Notes under the pieces: generated by a model
What the model saw: the letters and a program-made list of their open reading frames with translations, nothing else
The model's database searches: none
What the model was told of the DNA's origin: nothing
Translations under genes and position numbers: made by a program
NCBI GenBank assembly: GCA_963666985.2
Contig: CAXXIA010000001.1
Coordinates: 32,001-96,000 of the forward strand
From: Spirochaetia bacterium
GTDB lineage: Bacteria; Spirochaetota; Spirochaetia; DSM-2461
Length of the DNA stretch: 64,000 bases
Direction of reading: 5' to 3'
Shown: piece after piece, positions 29,162-39,173 of the stretch
Layout: every line of letters starts with the position of its first letter
Position numbering within the stretch: the stretch's first letter is position 1

Positions 29162-29953
29162 ATGAATGATAGTTATGAAAAGCGTCTGTATGCCATTTTT
29201 CATCCGAGTCCGTCGCTTATCGGTTCGCAGCTGAATCCCCAGGCCTTCGCCCGGCATTATCTGGCCGGTTCTGTGCGGCATTACACGGGAAAAATCATCT
29301 TCGCTGAAATTGATGCGAATTTCCGGAATGCTTATTTTCCGATTGACGAATATCTGGATCAGATTGTCCCCCATGAAGACGGACGTCCCAAGGCCACCAA
29401 ATTTATTTCCGTTTACCGTGTCCTTGAGCATCTGGATCTTTCGGCCATAAAAAATCTGTACTTAACCAGTGCCGAAGGTGCCGTTCTGGAACTCGAAGCC
29501 GGCGAGGATGTTCACACCAGGGATTCGGATATTCTGCGGATTTTCGCGCAGATAAATCCGACCAAAATGCTGGTTCTCACCCGGATGAATTTTCTTGAGT
29601 TCGGCGAAGACGCCACCAGCGGACTGCATGCGAAAAGCGTTCCCTCTTTGCTGTATACCCAACTGGCGTTCGACGCGGAGCAGTTCCTGGAAGATTTCGA
29701 AATGAATCCGATGCTGGCTCTTCCCATTACCAAACTGCACCCGTCCAAACTGCGGGATGCCATTCTGGAACTCACCACATCCCGATCGAAAGGTTCCAAA
29801 GGACTGATGCTGAATTCTTCTTTTGACGAGATTCCCTATCGGATGATCCGGCATGGATTCATGTTCGCAAGACCCGGAGAAAGCAAGTTCTTCCCCATGC
29901 CGGATTGGCGTGAAGTGGAGAAAACCAATTATCGGTTCTGGCGGGCGATGTAG
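29162..29953 (+). CDS. Hypothetical protein downstream of hppA
   Basis: 263-codon ORF with an AGGAG SD and globular-looking composition; no family recognised. Confidence 0.75.
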   Translation: MNDSYEKRLYAIFHPSPSLIGSQLNPQAFARHYLAGSVRHYTGKIIFAEIDANFRNAYFPIDEYLDQIVPHEDGRPKATKFISVYRVLEHLDLSAIKNLYLTSAEGAVLELEAGEDVHTRDSDILRIFAQINPTKMLVLTRMNFLEFGEDATSGLHAKSVPSLLYTQLAFDAEQFLEDFEMNPMLALPITKLHPSKLRDAILELTTSRSKGSKGLMLNSSFDEIPYRMIRHGFMFARPGESKFFPMPDWREVEKTNYRFWRAM

Positions 29954-30046
29954 AGACTCCGCATAGGATTCCATAACACGCTGAGCGATTCGGCTGTTTT
30001 GCCCTTTGTGCGTCTTAAAGTCGTTTGCTCAAACAGCCGGATGGAA

Positions 30047-30082
30047 AAGACACCGGCCGGTTCATTCCCGGCCGGTGTCTTT
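30047..30082. terminator. Bidirectional terminator
   Basis: aaagacaccggccgg-ttcatt-cccggccggtgtcttt between convergent genes. Confidence 0.8.
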
Positions 30083-30944
30083 ATCTGACCAGAGATACGG
30101 AGGCATCGGCATCCCATTCAAGTCCGCCGGGTTTGAATGCCGGAGTGTCGAAATCCACGTCCATGTTTCCCGTCATGGAAACATCCAATTTAGAGTTCCC
30201 CGTTAAAAGATTCCAGGCCGAGCGTCCGATTTCACCGAAGTCGAGGCTGATGCCGAACGCCACAGACTTTTGATTTTTGGCCGAAACCTCGACGGCTTGA
30301 AGTGTTTCGATTTGTCCCCAGGATTGTCCGGCCACCGAGAGTTCGCCGATCAAGCTGCTGACGACCATACCGAATCCGTTCGGATTTTTTATATCGGCGA
30401 GTACCGTGATGGACGCACCGCTGAGCTTGATGCTTTCCACGCGAATCCCCGAAGGAAGGAGAATCGGCGGTTTGATTACGGGGACCTCTATGGAACCGGA
30501 GACATCAAGACGGACCGTTCCGACATACGGAAGTGCAACTTCAAGTCCCAATGCCGCGGTGACGGGCAGGGAATCATCATTGAGCGGAGATGATCCTGCG
30601 GCCGCCAAATCGCCGAACTTGAGTTCTATGGGGATGGGCAGAATCGATTTTCCATTGGCTTTCAAGGAAACCGACTCTTCCCGGCGTCCGGTAACGATAT
30701 TCTTTTCTTCCACGATCAGGGAGTAATCGTAAGCGTCCAGAGTCAGTCCGACGGAATTCGGATTGTCGATTTCGACGTTTACCGTTATCTCAACGCCGTT
30801 CATGCTTACACCGATGATTTCCACCGAATCCACGCGGGCCGTGGGTTTGGAGATGATGTCTCCGAGTACTTCGCAAGAGGTTATTCCAAGAAGTATGACC
30901 GCCGCGGCCGCAGCAATCAGGATGAGTATTTTGGGCTGTTTCAT
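30081..30944 (-). CDS. LEA_2/WHy tandem-domain lipoprotein
   Basis: Lipobox ITSC; two repeats containing NPN motifs (IDNPN, IKNPN). Confidence 0.8.
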   Translation of the reverse strand: MKQPKILILIAAAAAVILLGITSCEVLGDIISKPTARVDSVEIIGVSMNGVEITVNVEIDNPNSVGLTLDAYDYSLIVEEKNIVTGRREESVSLKANGKSILPIPIELKFGDLAAAGSSPLNDDSLPVTAALGLEVALPYVGTVRLDVSGSIEVPVIKPPILLPSGIRVESIKLSGASITVLADIKNPNGFGMVVSSLIGELSVAGQSWGQIETLQAVEVSAKNQKSVAFGISLDFGEIGRSAWNLLTGNSKLDVSMTGNMDVDFDTPAFKPGGLEWDADASVSLVR

Positions 30945-31324
30945 CCTCTTATTATAACACCAATAACACCGAAAGCCGCCTCATGGAGACGGCTTTCGGC
31001 TTGAAGACTTTTTTAAATACGGGAAGCGGAACGAAAACTTCGCCCGCTTCCTCCAACCAAAACGCGGAAAAGGAGGTCTCATGAAACGGCACGATCAACG
31101 AAGCGCGCCATCCAAAAGGTCTTGGAACTTTCCTTTCCGGAGAGTCCCTCCCGTCCGGCGCCGATTTCTTATATAAAAAATCTTTCACCGGACCGGAGGA
31201 ACCGCCGTAAACTTAATCTTACGGCCGTCCCGTATGCTCTTTATTCGGGGCATCTCCGGCTCCATTCCGCCGGCCTCCTTACGACTCGGCCTCGGCCGGA
31301 TAATGATTTCCCCGATATTTATTT

Positions 31325-31666
31325 TTAACCGATGGCCGCATCTCCGGTTTCACCGGATCGAATCCTGATGGCCTGTTCAATGGGCAGTATGAAGATCTTT
31401 CCGTCTCCGATTTCTCCCGAACGGGCACCCGCAATAATCGCATCCACGGTTTTCTGAACAAACGGTTCGGTAACCGCGATTTCGATACGGACTTTTTTCA
31501 GAAGATTCACCTCAACCTCAACACCGCGATACGTTTCCGTATAGCCTTTCTGCTGGCCGCATCCCATGGCGTTGGTAACCGAAATCTTGAAAATCTCCTG
31601 TTTGTACAGTTCCTGCTTAACGCTGTTCAGCTTATCGGGCTGAATGTAGGCAATAACAAGTTTCAT
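31325..31666 (-). CDS. glnK: P-II nitrogen regulatory protein
   Basis: GCGQQKGYTETYRG T-loop, GEIGDGKIF; adjacent to amtB. Confidence 0.93.
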   Translation of the reverse strand: MKLVIAYIQPDKLNSVKQELYKQEIFKISVTNAMGCGQQKGYTETYRGVEVEVNLLKKVRIEIAVTEPFVQKTVDAIIAGARSGEIGDGKIFILPIEQAIRIRSGETGDAAIG

Positions 31667-31680
31667 CTCTTTCTTCCTCC

Positions 31681-33006
31681 TTACATGTTCTGGAAGATCT
31701 GGAAACCGGCGTAGGCTTCGGTTCCATGCTCATCAATATCCAAGCCGGCGAGTTCTTCTTTCTCGGTAACACGGAGACCGACGGTTTTCTTCACGATGAA
31801 GAAGAGAATCATGCCGAGTCCGAAAGCCCAAGCGAAGACCGAAATGGCGCCGAGTGCCTGGATGCCGATCTGACCGCCGCGGGTCAGTTCCACACCCGTG
31901 AAACCGGCGAGGGAATCAAGGTTGCCGAAGATTCCGGTCGCCAGAGTACCCCAAACGCCGCAAACGCCATGAACGGAAACCGCACCGACCGGATCGTCGA
32001 TATGAAGCACTTTGTCGATGAACTCGACCGACAGAACAACAAGAATCCCGGCGATGGCACCGATAACGATGGCCGCACCGGGAGAGACGAATCCACATCC
32101 GGCGGTAATGCCGACCAAACCGGCCAGGGCGCCGTTAAGGCTCATTGAAACATCGGGCTTTCCGCTCATAATCCAGATCGTGAACATGGCGAACACCGCG
32201 GCGGCGGCGGCGGCCAATGTTGTCGTAACGGCGACGGTCGCCATCGAAGTATCCGTTCCGCTCAAAGTCGAACCGGCGTTGAATCCGTACCACCCGAACC
32301 AGAGAATGAAAACACCAAGGGCTGCCAGGGGCAGGTTATGGCCCATAATGGCCTTCACGGTAACCTTGCCGTCTTTCTTCACGTATTTGCCGATCCGCGG
32401 TCCGAGCGTGATGGCGCCGGCCAGCGCGAACCAGGCGCCTACGCTGTGGACGACGGTGGAACCGGCGAAATCGGCGAAACCTCTGCTGATGAGCCAGCCG
32501 CCGCCCCACATCCAGTGGCCGGATATCGGGTAGAAAACGCCGGAGATGAAAACGGAATAAATCAGGTAACTGGTGAATTTGGTCCTCTCGGCCATGGCGC
32601 CGGACACGATGGTGGCGGCGGTGGCGGCGAAGACCACCTGGAAGAACCAGTCGCGCATCAGAGAGGTATCGCCGGTTACGGCGAAATCGCTCCAGCCCAG
32701 GAATCCGCCGATGGAATCGCCGTACATCAGGGCCCAGCCGATGGCCCAGTACATAATGGCGCCGACGGAAAAGTCCATAAGGTTTTTCATGATGATGTTT
32801 CCGGCATTCTTCGCGCGGGTCAGTCCCGTTTCAACCATGGCAAAACCGGCCTGCATGAAGAACACCAGCGCGGCCGCGAGAACAAGCCAGATGGCATCGA
32901 AAGCGGCTTTGATTTCATCGCCGGAAAGCTCTTCGGCAAATCCTCCGGATATGGGAATCAGGAGTAATACGGCGAGAACCGCCAGGAAACGTATTTTTCG
33001 GTTCAT
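31681..33006 (-). CDS. amtB: Ammonium transporter
   Basis: FFMQAGFAMVE, FAATAATIVSGAMAER, DFAGSTVVH, WFGWYGFN, IDDPVGAVSVHG. Confidence 0.96.
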   Translation of the reverse strand: MNRKIRFLAVLAVLLLIPISGGFAEELSGDEIKAAFDAIWLVLAAALVFFMQAGFAMVETGLTRAKNAGNIIMKNLMDFSVGAIMYWAIGWALMYGDSIGGFLGWSDFAVTGDTSLMRDWFFQVVFAATAATIVSGAMAERTKFTSYLIYSVFISGVFYPISGHWMWGGGWLISRGFADFAGSTVVHSVGAWFALAGAITLGPRIGKYVKKDGKVTVKAIMGHNLPLAALGVFILWFGWYGFNAGSTLSGTDTSMATVAVTTTLAAAAAAVFAMFTIWIMSGKPDVSMSLNGALAGLVGITAGCGFVSPGAAIVIGAIAGILVVLSVEFIDKVLHIDDPVGAVSVHGVCGVWGTLATGIFGNLDSLAGFTGVELTRGGQIGIQALGAISVFAWAFGLGMILFFIVKKTVGLRVTEKEELAGLDIDEHGTEAYAGFQIFQNM

Positions 33007-33047
33007 ACTTTCCTACCTTTTTTATTTGTATTCTTGCCGGCTTAGAA

Positions 33048-33063
33048 GCTAAATGCGTGCCAA
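33048..33063 (-). promoter_or_regulatory. Sigma54 promoter of amtB-glnK
   Basis: Minus strand TTGGCACGCATTTAGC (GG-N10-GC). Confidence 0.8.
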
Positions 33064-33162
33064 GTTTAGGTTGGAAAACAAATGGTATTTCTTAAATATT
33101 TCTATTGTAAGGAAATAATAAATGACCCCCGAAGCTTCGCCGTTACCGCCACATCCCAAACG

Positions 33163-33195
33163 AAAAAAAACCGACCCCGGAGAGGGAGTCGGTTT
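33163..33195 (-). terminator. Terminator of the NifA-like activator gene
   Basis: Minus strand aaaccgactccc-tctcc-ggggtcggttt followed by a T tract. Confidence 0.7.
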
Positions 33196-33238
33196 CCTAC
33201 GTTTATGTAGCAGTTAAAGAAGTTTCCTACATTTATGT
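33192..33238. promoter_or_regulatory. Tandem enhancer-like sites upstream of the amtB sigma54 promoter
   Basis: gtttcctac(g/a)tttatgt at 33192-33208 and 33222-33238, 30 bp apart; pseudo-palindrome CTAC-N6-GTAG. Confidence 0.65.
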
Positions 33239-34792
33239 GCGGTATTTTTTCGGATCGATTTCGAACTTATCAACGCGCAGGCCCATGATGCGCTCCGAGA
33301 TTCCCAGATGCCGTGCGGCTTCGGCGCGGTTCCCCCTGGAGGTTTTCAAAGCCTCACGAATCAGTTCCTCTTCAAGCTTATCGAGCGCTTCGGGAAGCGT
33401 GCTTGCCAGGCCCGTATTGGTGGATTCCGCGGACTGCAGACTCGGAGGAAGATGATAGGCATGCACAACATCGTCGGTGGAGAGCAGAACCGCCCGTTCG
33501 ATGCAGTTTTCCAGTTCCCTGACATTTCCCGGCCAATGGTAGCTTGTCAGAAGATCGATGGCCGAACTCGAAATGCGCCGAACCGTTTTTCGGTTTTTAT
33601 TGGAATACTTTTCCACGAAGTGGTCGGCCAACAGCATGATGTCGCCGTGTCTTTCCCGCAGGGGGGGAAGATGAATGGGAAAAACGTTCAAGCGGTAGAA
33701 AAGGTCTTCTCTGAATTTCCCTTCGATAATTCCGTCTTCCAGGGATCGGTTGGTGGCGGCGATGATGCGGACGTCCACCGGAATGGTTTCGCTTCCGCCG
33801 ACGCGTTCGATTTCCCGTTCCTGCAAAACCCGCAGGAGCTTAACCTGAATAAGCGGCGAGAGTTCTCCGATTTCGTCCAGAAAAATGGTTCCGCCGTCGG
33901 CCATTTCGAAACGGCCTTTACGGGTTTTTACGGCGCCGGTGAAGGCTCCTTCCTCATGACCGAAAAGTTCGGATTCAATCACGCCTTCGGGAAGGGCCGC
34001 GCAGTTGACTTTGATGAAGCTCTTTCCTGCTCTGGGACTGTTGTAATGAAGGGCATTGGCGATCAGTTCCTTCCCCGTGCCGCTTTCACCGCGGACAAGC
34101 ACCGTGGCTTCACTGGGAGCAACCTGTTTCACCAGATCGTAAACCTGCTTCATGGAGCGGTTGTTTCCGATCATATTCTGCGGCTGGAAGGATTCCCTGA
34201 GGGCTTCCTGAAGTCTGTTGTTTTCTTCTTCCAGGGCCTTCTGGGCCTCTTCCGAATCCCGGCGGAGCTGGACCGCGCGGGCAATCATGCTGCCGATGAT
34301 GGTCAGTAGGCGGACATCTTCGTCCAGAGCGATTTCATCACCGAATAAACGGTCGCTGGAAAGAGCGCCGACGGTATCCTGGCCGATTTTGATGGGCACG
34401 CAGATGAAGCCCGTGGATATGGCACCGGAGCGTGCTCCGGTTCTATCCAGGAATCCGGGTTCCGTGGAAATATCGGGAACGACGATGTGTTCTCCGGACT
34501 GAATAACGCGGCCGGTAATGCCTTCACCGAGTTTATAGCGTCCTTTGGCCTGCTCTTCTCCCGTCAGTCCGTAAGCCGCTGAGATTCGGATTTCACCCGT
34601 ATGGCGGTTCAGCAGGGTTACCGTGCCCCGGTGCATGCCCATATGCTCGGCAATAGCCTCCAGAACCGGTGAAATGATTTGATTCAGATCGAGACTCATG
34701 TCCAGAATCTGGCTGATTTCGAAAAGGAGTGTGAGTTCTTGGATTCGACGGCGATAATGACGCCCGTCAATGCGTTCTTCTGTTTCCAGCAT
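33233..34792 (-). CDS. GAF-AAA+-HTH sigma54 activator (NifA-like)
   Basis: GAF 'YKLGEGITGRV', GESGTGKE, GAFTGA, WPGNVRELEN, Fis-type HTH. Confidence 0.9.
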   Translation of the reverse strand: MLETEERIDGRHYRRRIQELTLLFEISQILDMSLDLNQIISPVLEAIAEHMGMHRGTVTLLNRHTGEIRISAAYGLTGEEQAKGRYKLGEGITGRVIQSGEHIVVPDISTEPGFLDRTGARSGAISTGFICVPIKIGQDTVGALSSDRLFGDEIALDEDVRLLTIIGSMIARAVQLRRDSEEAQKALEEENNRLQEALRESFQPQNMIGNNRSMKQVYDLVKQVAPSEATVLVRGESGTGKELIANALHYNSPRAGKSFIKVNCAALPEGVIESELFGHEEGAFTGAVKTRKGRFEMADGGTIFLDEIGELSPLIQVKLLRVLQEREIERVGGSETIPVDVRIIAATNRSLEDGIIEGKFREDLFYRLNVFPIHLPPLRERHGDIMLLADHFVEKYSNKNRKTVRRISSSAIDLLTSYHWPGNVRELENCIERAVLLSTDDVVHAYHLPPSLQSAESTNTGLASTLPEALDKLEEELIREALKTSRGNRAEAARHLGISERIMGLRVDKFEIDPKKYRT

Positions 34793-34871
34793 GCACGGAT
34801 CTTACGGAATTGTAGGAATTGTAGCAAGACCATCTTTGTCTGAAAAGCGACACTGATGTAGGATTCCGTTA

Positions 34872-35648
34872 TCAGCCCGCGGTGAAACCGGTAAAAAGGG
34901 CGGCGGCCGCGGGCGGTCCCATGGCCGCCAGGAAGAGAAGCCGATCACCGGCACGGACGGAGAGATTCGGTCCCGTCGGATCTTCCGTAAAACATCGGGA
35001 GAGGAGGGCTTCAGCCGTCAGATCCGAACGCTTCAGAGCCGATTCGGCCATCGGCAGCGCCAGGACGGCGGCTCTTCGGAAAATCGATTTGCGGTTTTGC
35101 AGTCCGCGGCTTAAGGCCGCATCCCGGATGGTCGCCGTTTCATCCATAATCAGCGGGAGAAAGGAAATGGTGAGCATTAGGGCGGAGGCGACGGCGCCCG
35201 ACCACTTTTTGGGTAAAAACGATAAAATTTTCCGGACGGCGCCGGCCAGATCCGCCGGATCGGTCGAGGAGGCCAGAAGCTGGCCGGCAAGGAGTATGAC
35301 CAGAAGCCGGCCAGCGCGAAGCGTTCCCGTTAGCAGACCCGTTATTCCTATCGGAAACTGTATCCCGCCGATTATCAGAGGCGGCGCGGGTTCGGCGAAG
35401 CCCGCCGAAACGATGATGGCGGCGGCCATAACGGCCCAAAAGAGCAGGGGACGGCGCATGCGTTTCGGAGACGTTCCCGCCGCCGCATGAAAGCCGAGAA
35501 CGGTTATTCCGACGGCGGCCGTAACCGTTCCGTTCCCCGCCAATGCGAGAATGCTCCAAGCGGCCAATTCAAGCAGCTTTAATCGCGGATCGTGCCGGTG
35601 CCATATGGACACCCCCGGCTTATAGTGGAGAAATTCGAGTTCTCTCAT
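34872..35648 (-). CDS. ECF transporter T component (BioN/CbiQ family)
   Basis: 'HRHDPRLKL', 'AALSRG', 'ALLSRCF'; operon with bioY. Confidence 0.85.
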   Translation of the reverse strand: MRELEFLHYKPGVSIWHRHDPRLKLLELAAWSILALAGNGTVTAAVGITVLGFHAAAGTSPKRMRRPLLFWAVMAAAIIVSAGFAEPAPPLIIGGIQFPIGITGLLTGTLRAGRLLVILLAGQLLASSTDPADLAGAVRKILSFLPKKWSGAVASALMLTISFLPLIMDETATIRDAALSRGLQNRKSIFRRAAVLALPMAESALKRSDLTAEALLSRCFTEDPTGPNLSVRAGDRLLFLAAMGPPAAAALFTGFTAG

Positions 35649-36460
35649 AATGTCGGCTTCTCTGGTTTTTTATCCGGCGCATCCGCGGCCGAGCCGGCGG
35701 GGAAATCCCGCGGTTCGCGGGCCCAGCTCATCGTGCTTACATCACCTTCGGGCCTGCGAACGCCTATTTCTTCAACTTCATTAATTATATCGAGGGGATT
35801 TCCTTCGGCATGGATGCGTCCGCCGTTCATGAGAATCAGACGATCCGCATGAGAGAGAATCTTCGCCAAATCATGAGTAATCAGAAGAATGGTGGTGCCT
35901 CCGGTTCGGAGACGATTCAAGACGGTGATGAGATCGGCGCAGCCCGGCCAGTCCAGACCCGTAAACGGTTCGTCCAGAACCAGAATGTCCGGTTCCATGG
36001 CCAGGACTCCCGCCACCGCCAGCCTCCGTTTTTCTCCTCCCGAGAGTGTATGGGGACGGCGTTCGTCGAATCCGATAAGGCCCGCGGCGGCCAGCGCCTG
36101 CCGCACCCGCTTCTCGATTTCGGGCCGAGAGAGCCGCAGATTCTCCGGACCGAAGGCCGCATCGCGGGCCACGGTCTGTCCGACAATCTGAGCGTCGGCG
36201 TCCTGGAACACAAGCCCGATTCTGCGCCGGGTAAGGGAAAGATTCTCCGTAATCGGGATACCGTCCAGAAGAATCCGACCGGAGGTCGGACGCATCAGGC
36301 CGTTCAAATGACGCATAAAAACCGTTTTCCCGCTGCCGTTGGGACCGGCAAGGATGGTGAATGACGCTTTCTCTATGCATAGGCTGATGTCATTCAATAC
36401 GGCCGTGCCGTCGGGAAACACATGGCGCAAATTCTGAATCGCCAGAAGAGGAGGAATCAA
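35645..36460 (-). CDS. ECF transporter ATPase (BioM/CbiO family)
   Basis: GPNGSGKT, LSGGEKRR, LVLDEP, AFGPENL. Confidence 0.9.
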   Translation of the reverse strand: MIPPLLAIQNLRHVFPDGTAVLNDISLCIEKASFTILAGPNGSGKTVFMRHLNGLMRPTSGRILLDGIPITENLSLTRRRIGLVFQDADAQIVGQTVARDAAFGPENLRLSRPEIEKRVRQALAAAGLIGFDERRPHTLSGGEKRRLAVAGVLAMEPDILVLDEPFTGLDWPGCADLITVLNRLRTGGTTILLITHDLAKILSHADRLILMNGGRIHAEGNPLDIINEVEEIGVRRPEGDVSTMSWAREPRDFPAGSAADAPDKKPEKPTL

Positions 36461-37023
36461 CTTTCGGCGCTCCCGGTACGGATGCGGTCTTTCAACGCCG
36501 CCCCAACGGCAACGGCCGCGGCCGCTTTAACAGCGTCGCCGATAAGAAAGGGAACGGTGTATTTGGTCCACGTGGCGGCCCAAGACCAATCCTCCACGCG
36601 GCCCATGAGCTGCCGGTGCATCCAGGGCAGACCGGGAATATAAATCGCAGCCGTACCGGCCAGGGCCGCAAGGATGAGGGCGGGGAGGGCCGCTTTGCCG
36701 GCCCGTGAGATCAGTCCTGTTAAAAAGGCGGCCAGGGCATATCCGACGAGGAATCCTCCGGTAGGCCCGGCGATGACCTGAGGTCCTCCCGAACCGCCGG
36801 CGAAAACAGGAAGTCCTATGGTTCCGAGAAAAATGTAGAGACCGACAACGGCAAGACCGAGCCATGGTCCCAAAAGCATTCCGGAAAGAATGATGAAGAG
36901 GGTGGCCATGGTGAACGGGACCAAAGGATTCCAAGGCGCGGGAAAACTGAAAACGGCTCCGATAATCACCAGGGCCGTAAAGGCCGCACAGAGAACGATG
37001 GATTTTACTGTTGTGTCTTTCAT
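36457..37023 (-). CDS. bioY: Biotin transporter S component
   Basis: VPFT, IGLPVFAGG, GPTGGFLVGY, PFLIGDAVK. Confidence 0.93.
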   Translation of the reverse strand: MKDTTVKSIVLCAAFTALVIIGAVFSFPAPWNPLVPFTMATLFIILSGMLLGPWLGLAVVGLYIFLGTIGLPVFAGGSGGPQVIAGPTGGFLVGYALAAFLTGLISRAGKAALPALILAALAGTAAIYIPGLPWMHRQLMGRVEDWSWAATWTKYTVPFLIGDAVKAAAAVAVGAALKDRIRTGSAES

Positions 37024-37041
37024 TCAGGTTCCTTAGTCAAT

Positions 37042-37977
37042 TTATTCGATGTCGCCCGCGCCGATGCGCCGAACGCTGCCGTCTGATCCCCGAAGGCGCA
37101 AGCGTCCGAGTCCGTCGGCGCCGACGACGGTTCCCGAGATTTTCAGAGAGTCCACGAAGTAAGCGGCCTTTTCGCCTTTACCGGTCATAAGGCTGTTCCA
37201 CCAGCGCGGAGTTCCATCGAGACGGAAATCCTCCGATGAGGTCAGAATGTCCATGGTTCCGATCCATTCCTTAAGAAGCGTGCTCCGGTCTACCTCGCGG
37301 CCGAGGAGGGCTTTCATCGAAACGGTGCCGTCCGCCGGGCCGTTGTTGGCGTTGACTCCCAGGCCCAGTGCCGCATAGTGAATCAGGTCTCCCGAGATTT
37401 CCGCTTCACCGAGAACTCCGGCGATTTTTTTCCCGCCGACCAGGACGTCGTTGGGCCACTTTACGTTCGCGGGGATGCCGTAACGGTCCCGCAGGAGCCG
37501 AACCAATCCAGCGGCCGCGGCCATAACGTAGCGCTGGATGCGGAGAGCCGATCCTTTAGGGTGGATCACTCTGGTAACCCAAAGACCGCCTTCCGGAGAC
37601 ATCCATGTCCGCTCCCGGCGTCCGCGGCCGCGGGTTTGCCTCAGAGCGGCAACGATGAAATCCTCCTGCCGCGGACCGGATTCAAGGCTATGGGCTTTAT
37701 CCATTGTCGATGCCGTTTCCCGAAGAACGGTGATGTTTTCCCTCTCCGCGAACTCCCAGGAGGTCAGCAGCGGGATTTCGGTTTCTTCGATGCGGTATCC
37801 CCGGTGTTCCGATTCGATGCGGTAACCGTATTCCCGTAAGGTGCGGACGTGCTTGTGTACGGCGACGCGGCTTATGCCCAGGGCCGCTCCGAGGGTTTCT
37901 CCGGAAAGGGGCGCGGAAGAATCTCGGAGGATTTCGAGAAGTACGCGCTTCGGATCTTGTTCGGATTCGTTAACCAT
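37042..37977 (-). CDS. birA: Bifunctional biotin ligase/repressor
   Basis: N-terminal HTH (SGETLG..LGISRVAVHKHV), QTRGRGR, KWPND, KKIAGVL. Confidence 0.93.
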   Translation of the reverse strand: MVNESEQDPKRVLLEILRDSSAPLSGETLGAALGISRVAVHKHVRTLREYGYRIESEHRGYRIEETEIPLLTSWEFAERENITVLRETASTMDKAHSLESGPRQEDFIVAALRQTRGRGRRERTWMSPEGGLWVTRVIHPKGSALRIQRYVMAAAAGLVRLLRDRYGIPANVKWPNDVLVGGKKIAGVLGEAEISGDLIHYAALGLGVNANNGPADGTVSMKALLGREVDRSTLLKEWIGTMDILTSSEDFRLDGTPRWWNSLMTGKGEKAAYFVDSLKISGTVVGADGLGRLRLRGSDGSVRRIGAGDIE

Positions 37978-37999
37978 CTACGATTGTAAGGTTAACGAA
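37966..37999. promoter_or_regulatory. BirA operator overlapping the birA start codon and -10 box
   Basis: ttcGTTAACc-N14-gGTTAACgaa, matching the GTtAAC-N14-16-GTTaAC BirA-box pattern. Confidence 0.8.
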
Positions 38000-38046
38000 A
38001 GTGGGAAAGCCCGTCTACCCGGAGAAAGCGCGGAGTTTTTTGATCA

Positions 38047-39081
38047 TCAGAGCGGCGGCCATCTCAGACGGGGACTTTTAAGCACTTCCGGATTTATAAT
38101 CGAATCCGGAAGGCGGCCTTCGGCGGCGTCCAAAATATCGGAGACGATGGCCTTCCTCATTCTTCCGAGCGCATCTTCGCTGTACCAGCCCATGTGCGGG
38201 GTGATGATGACATTGTCCGTAAAGAAGAGGGGATGTCCTCCCGGCAGCGGTTCGGGATCGGTGGAGTCCAAGGCCGCGCCGGCCAAATGGCCATTTTTGA
38301 GAGCCTCCGTCAGCGCTTCGGTGTCCACGAGACTGCCCCGCGCCGTGTTCACCAGGAGTGCGCCTTTTTTCATTCGGCCCAAAAGATTCCGGTTGAACAT
38401 CCCTTTTGTGTCTTTGGCGGCGGGAATATGAATACTCACCAAGTCCGAGCGGGCGATTAAATCATCAAAGGAAGCGGGTTCCGCACCGAGTTCCCGAATC
38501 CGGCCCTCTTCCATATAAGGATCGCAGGCCAGCACCCGGGAGGCCACCGGCTTCCAGAGCCGGGCCGCCTCGGTTCCGGTTTTCCCGAAACCCACCAAAC
38601 CTACCGTCAGCGATCCCAAACTGCCGTAGGGCATGATTCGCTTCAGGTTCCACCCGGCGTCGGTGCCCATATGCGGCGAGGATGCCACGGACTGCTGAAG
38701 AGGGATTCTTAAGGCCAGGGAGAGCCCCAGGACAAAGGCCTGTTCGGCGGCCTCGCGGCTCCAGAAACCCGGTTCGTTGATGCACACGATGCCCGCTCGG
38801 GTCGCCGCGTTCAGATCAAGATTGTCGTATCCGTCGCCGTGGCGGATGATGAGCCTGCATTCCGAAAGCCCCCGGAGAACCTCCGCCGTTATGTGCGCCT
38901 GGTCCACGACGAGAATGTCGGCATCCTTAACCTCGTTAAGGAGTTCTTCGGCCGGCGCGCCGCGAAGCTGGTGGTGGCGGTAGGCGATGGAAGTCCCGGC
39001 GAATTGTTCTTCTTCCCAATTTAAGTTTTCTTCGACGTAGTCCGTGACGGCGCAAAGGATTTTTTTCTTTTCGGAATCCAT
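38047..39081 (-). CDS. D-isomer-specific 2-hydroxyacid dehydrogenase (SerA/CtBP-like)
   Basis: GLVGFGKTG, LVNTARG, GAALD, ITPHMGWYS. Confidence 0.88.
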   Translation of the reverse strand: MDSEKKKILCAVTDYVEENLNWEEEQFAGTSIAYRHHQLRGAPAEELLNEVKDADILVVDQAHITAEVLRGLSECRLIIRHGDGYDNLDLNAATRAGIVCINEPGFWSREAAEQAFVLGLSLALRIPLQQSVASSPHMGTDAGWNLKRIMPYGSLGSLTVGLVGFGKTGTEAARLWKPVASRVLACDPYMEEGRIRELGAEPASFDDLIARSDLVSIHIPAAKDTKGMFNRNLLGRMKKGALLVNTARGSLVDTEALTEALKNGHLAGAALDSTDPEPLPGGHPLFFTDNVIITPHMGWYSEDALGRMRKAIVSDILDAAEGRLPDSIINPEVLKSPRLRWPPL

Positions 39082-39173
39082 TGCGCCATTATACAGATCG
39101 GGGAACTGAAAAACGATCCCAAGACGGGTAATGAGGTTTCACTATCGGTATTCGGCGTGATTGCGCGTGTATG

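Noticed and set aside
33233..34792. Calling the activator nifA and inferring nitrogen fixation
   Set aside because: No nif genes in the window and the candidate sites are not TGT-N10-ACA.
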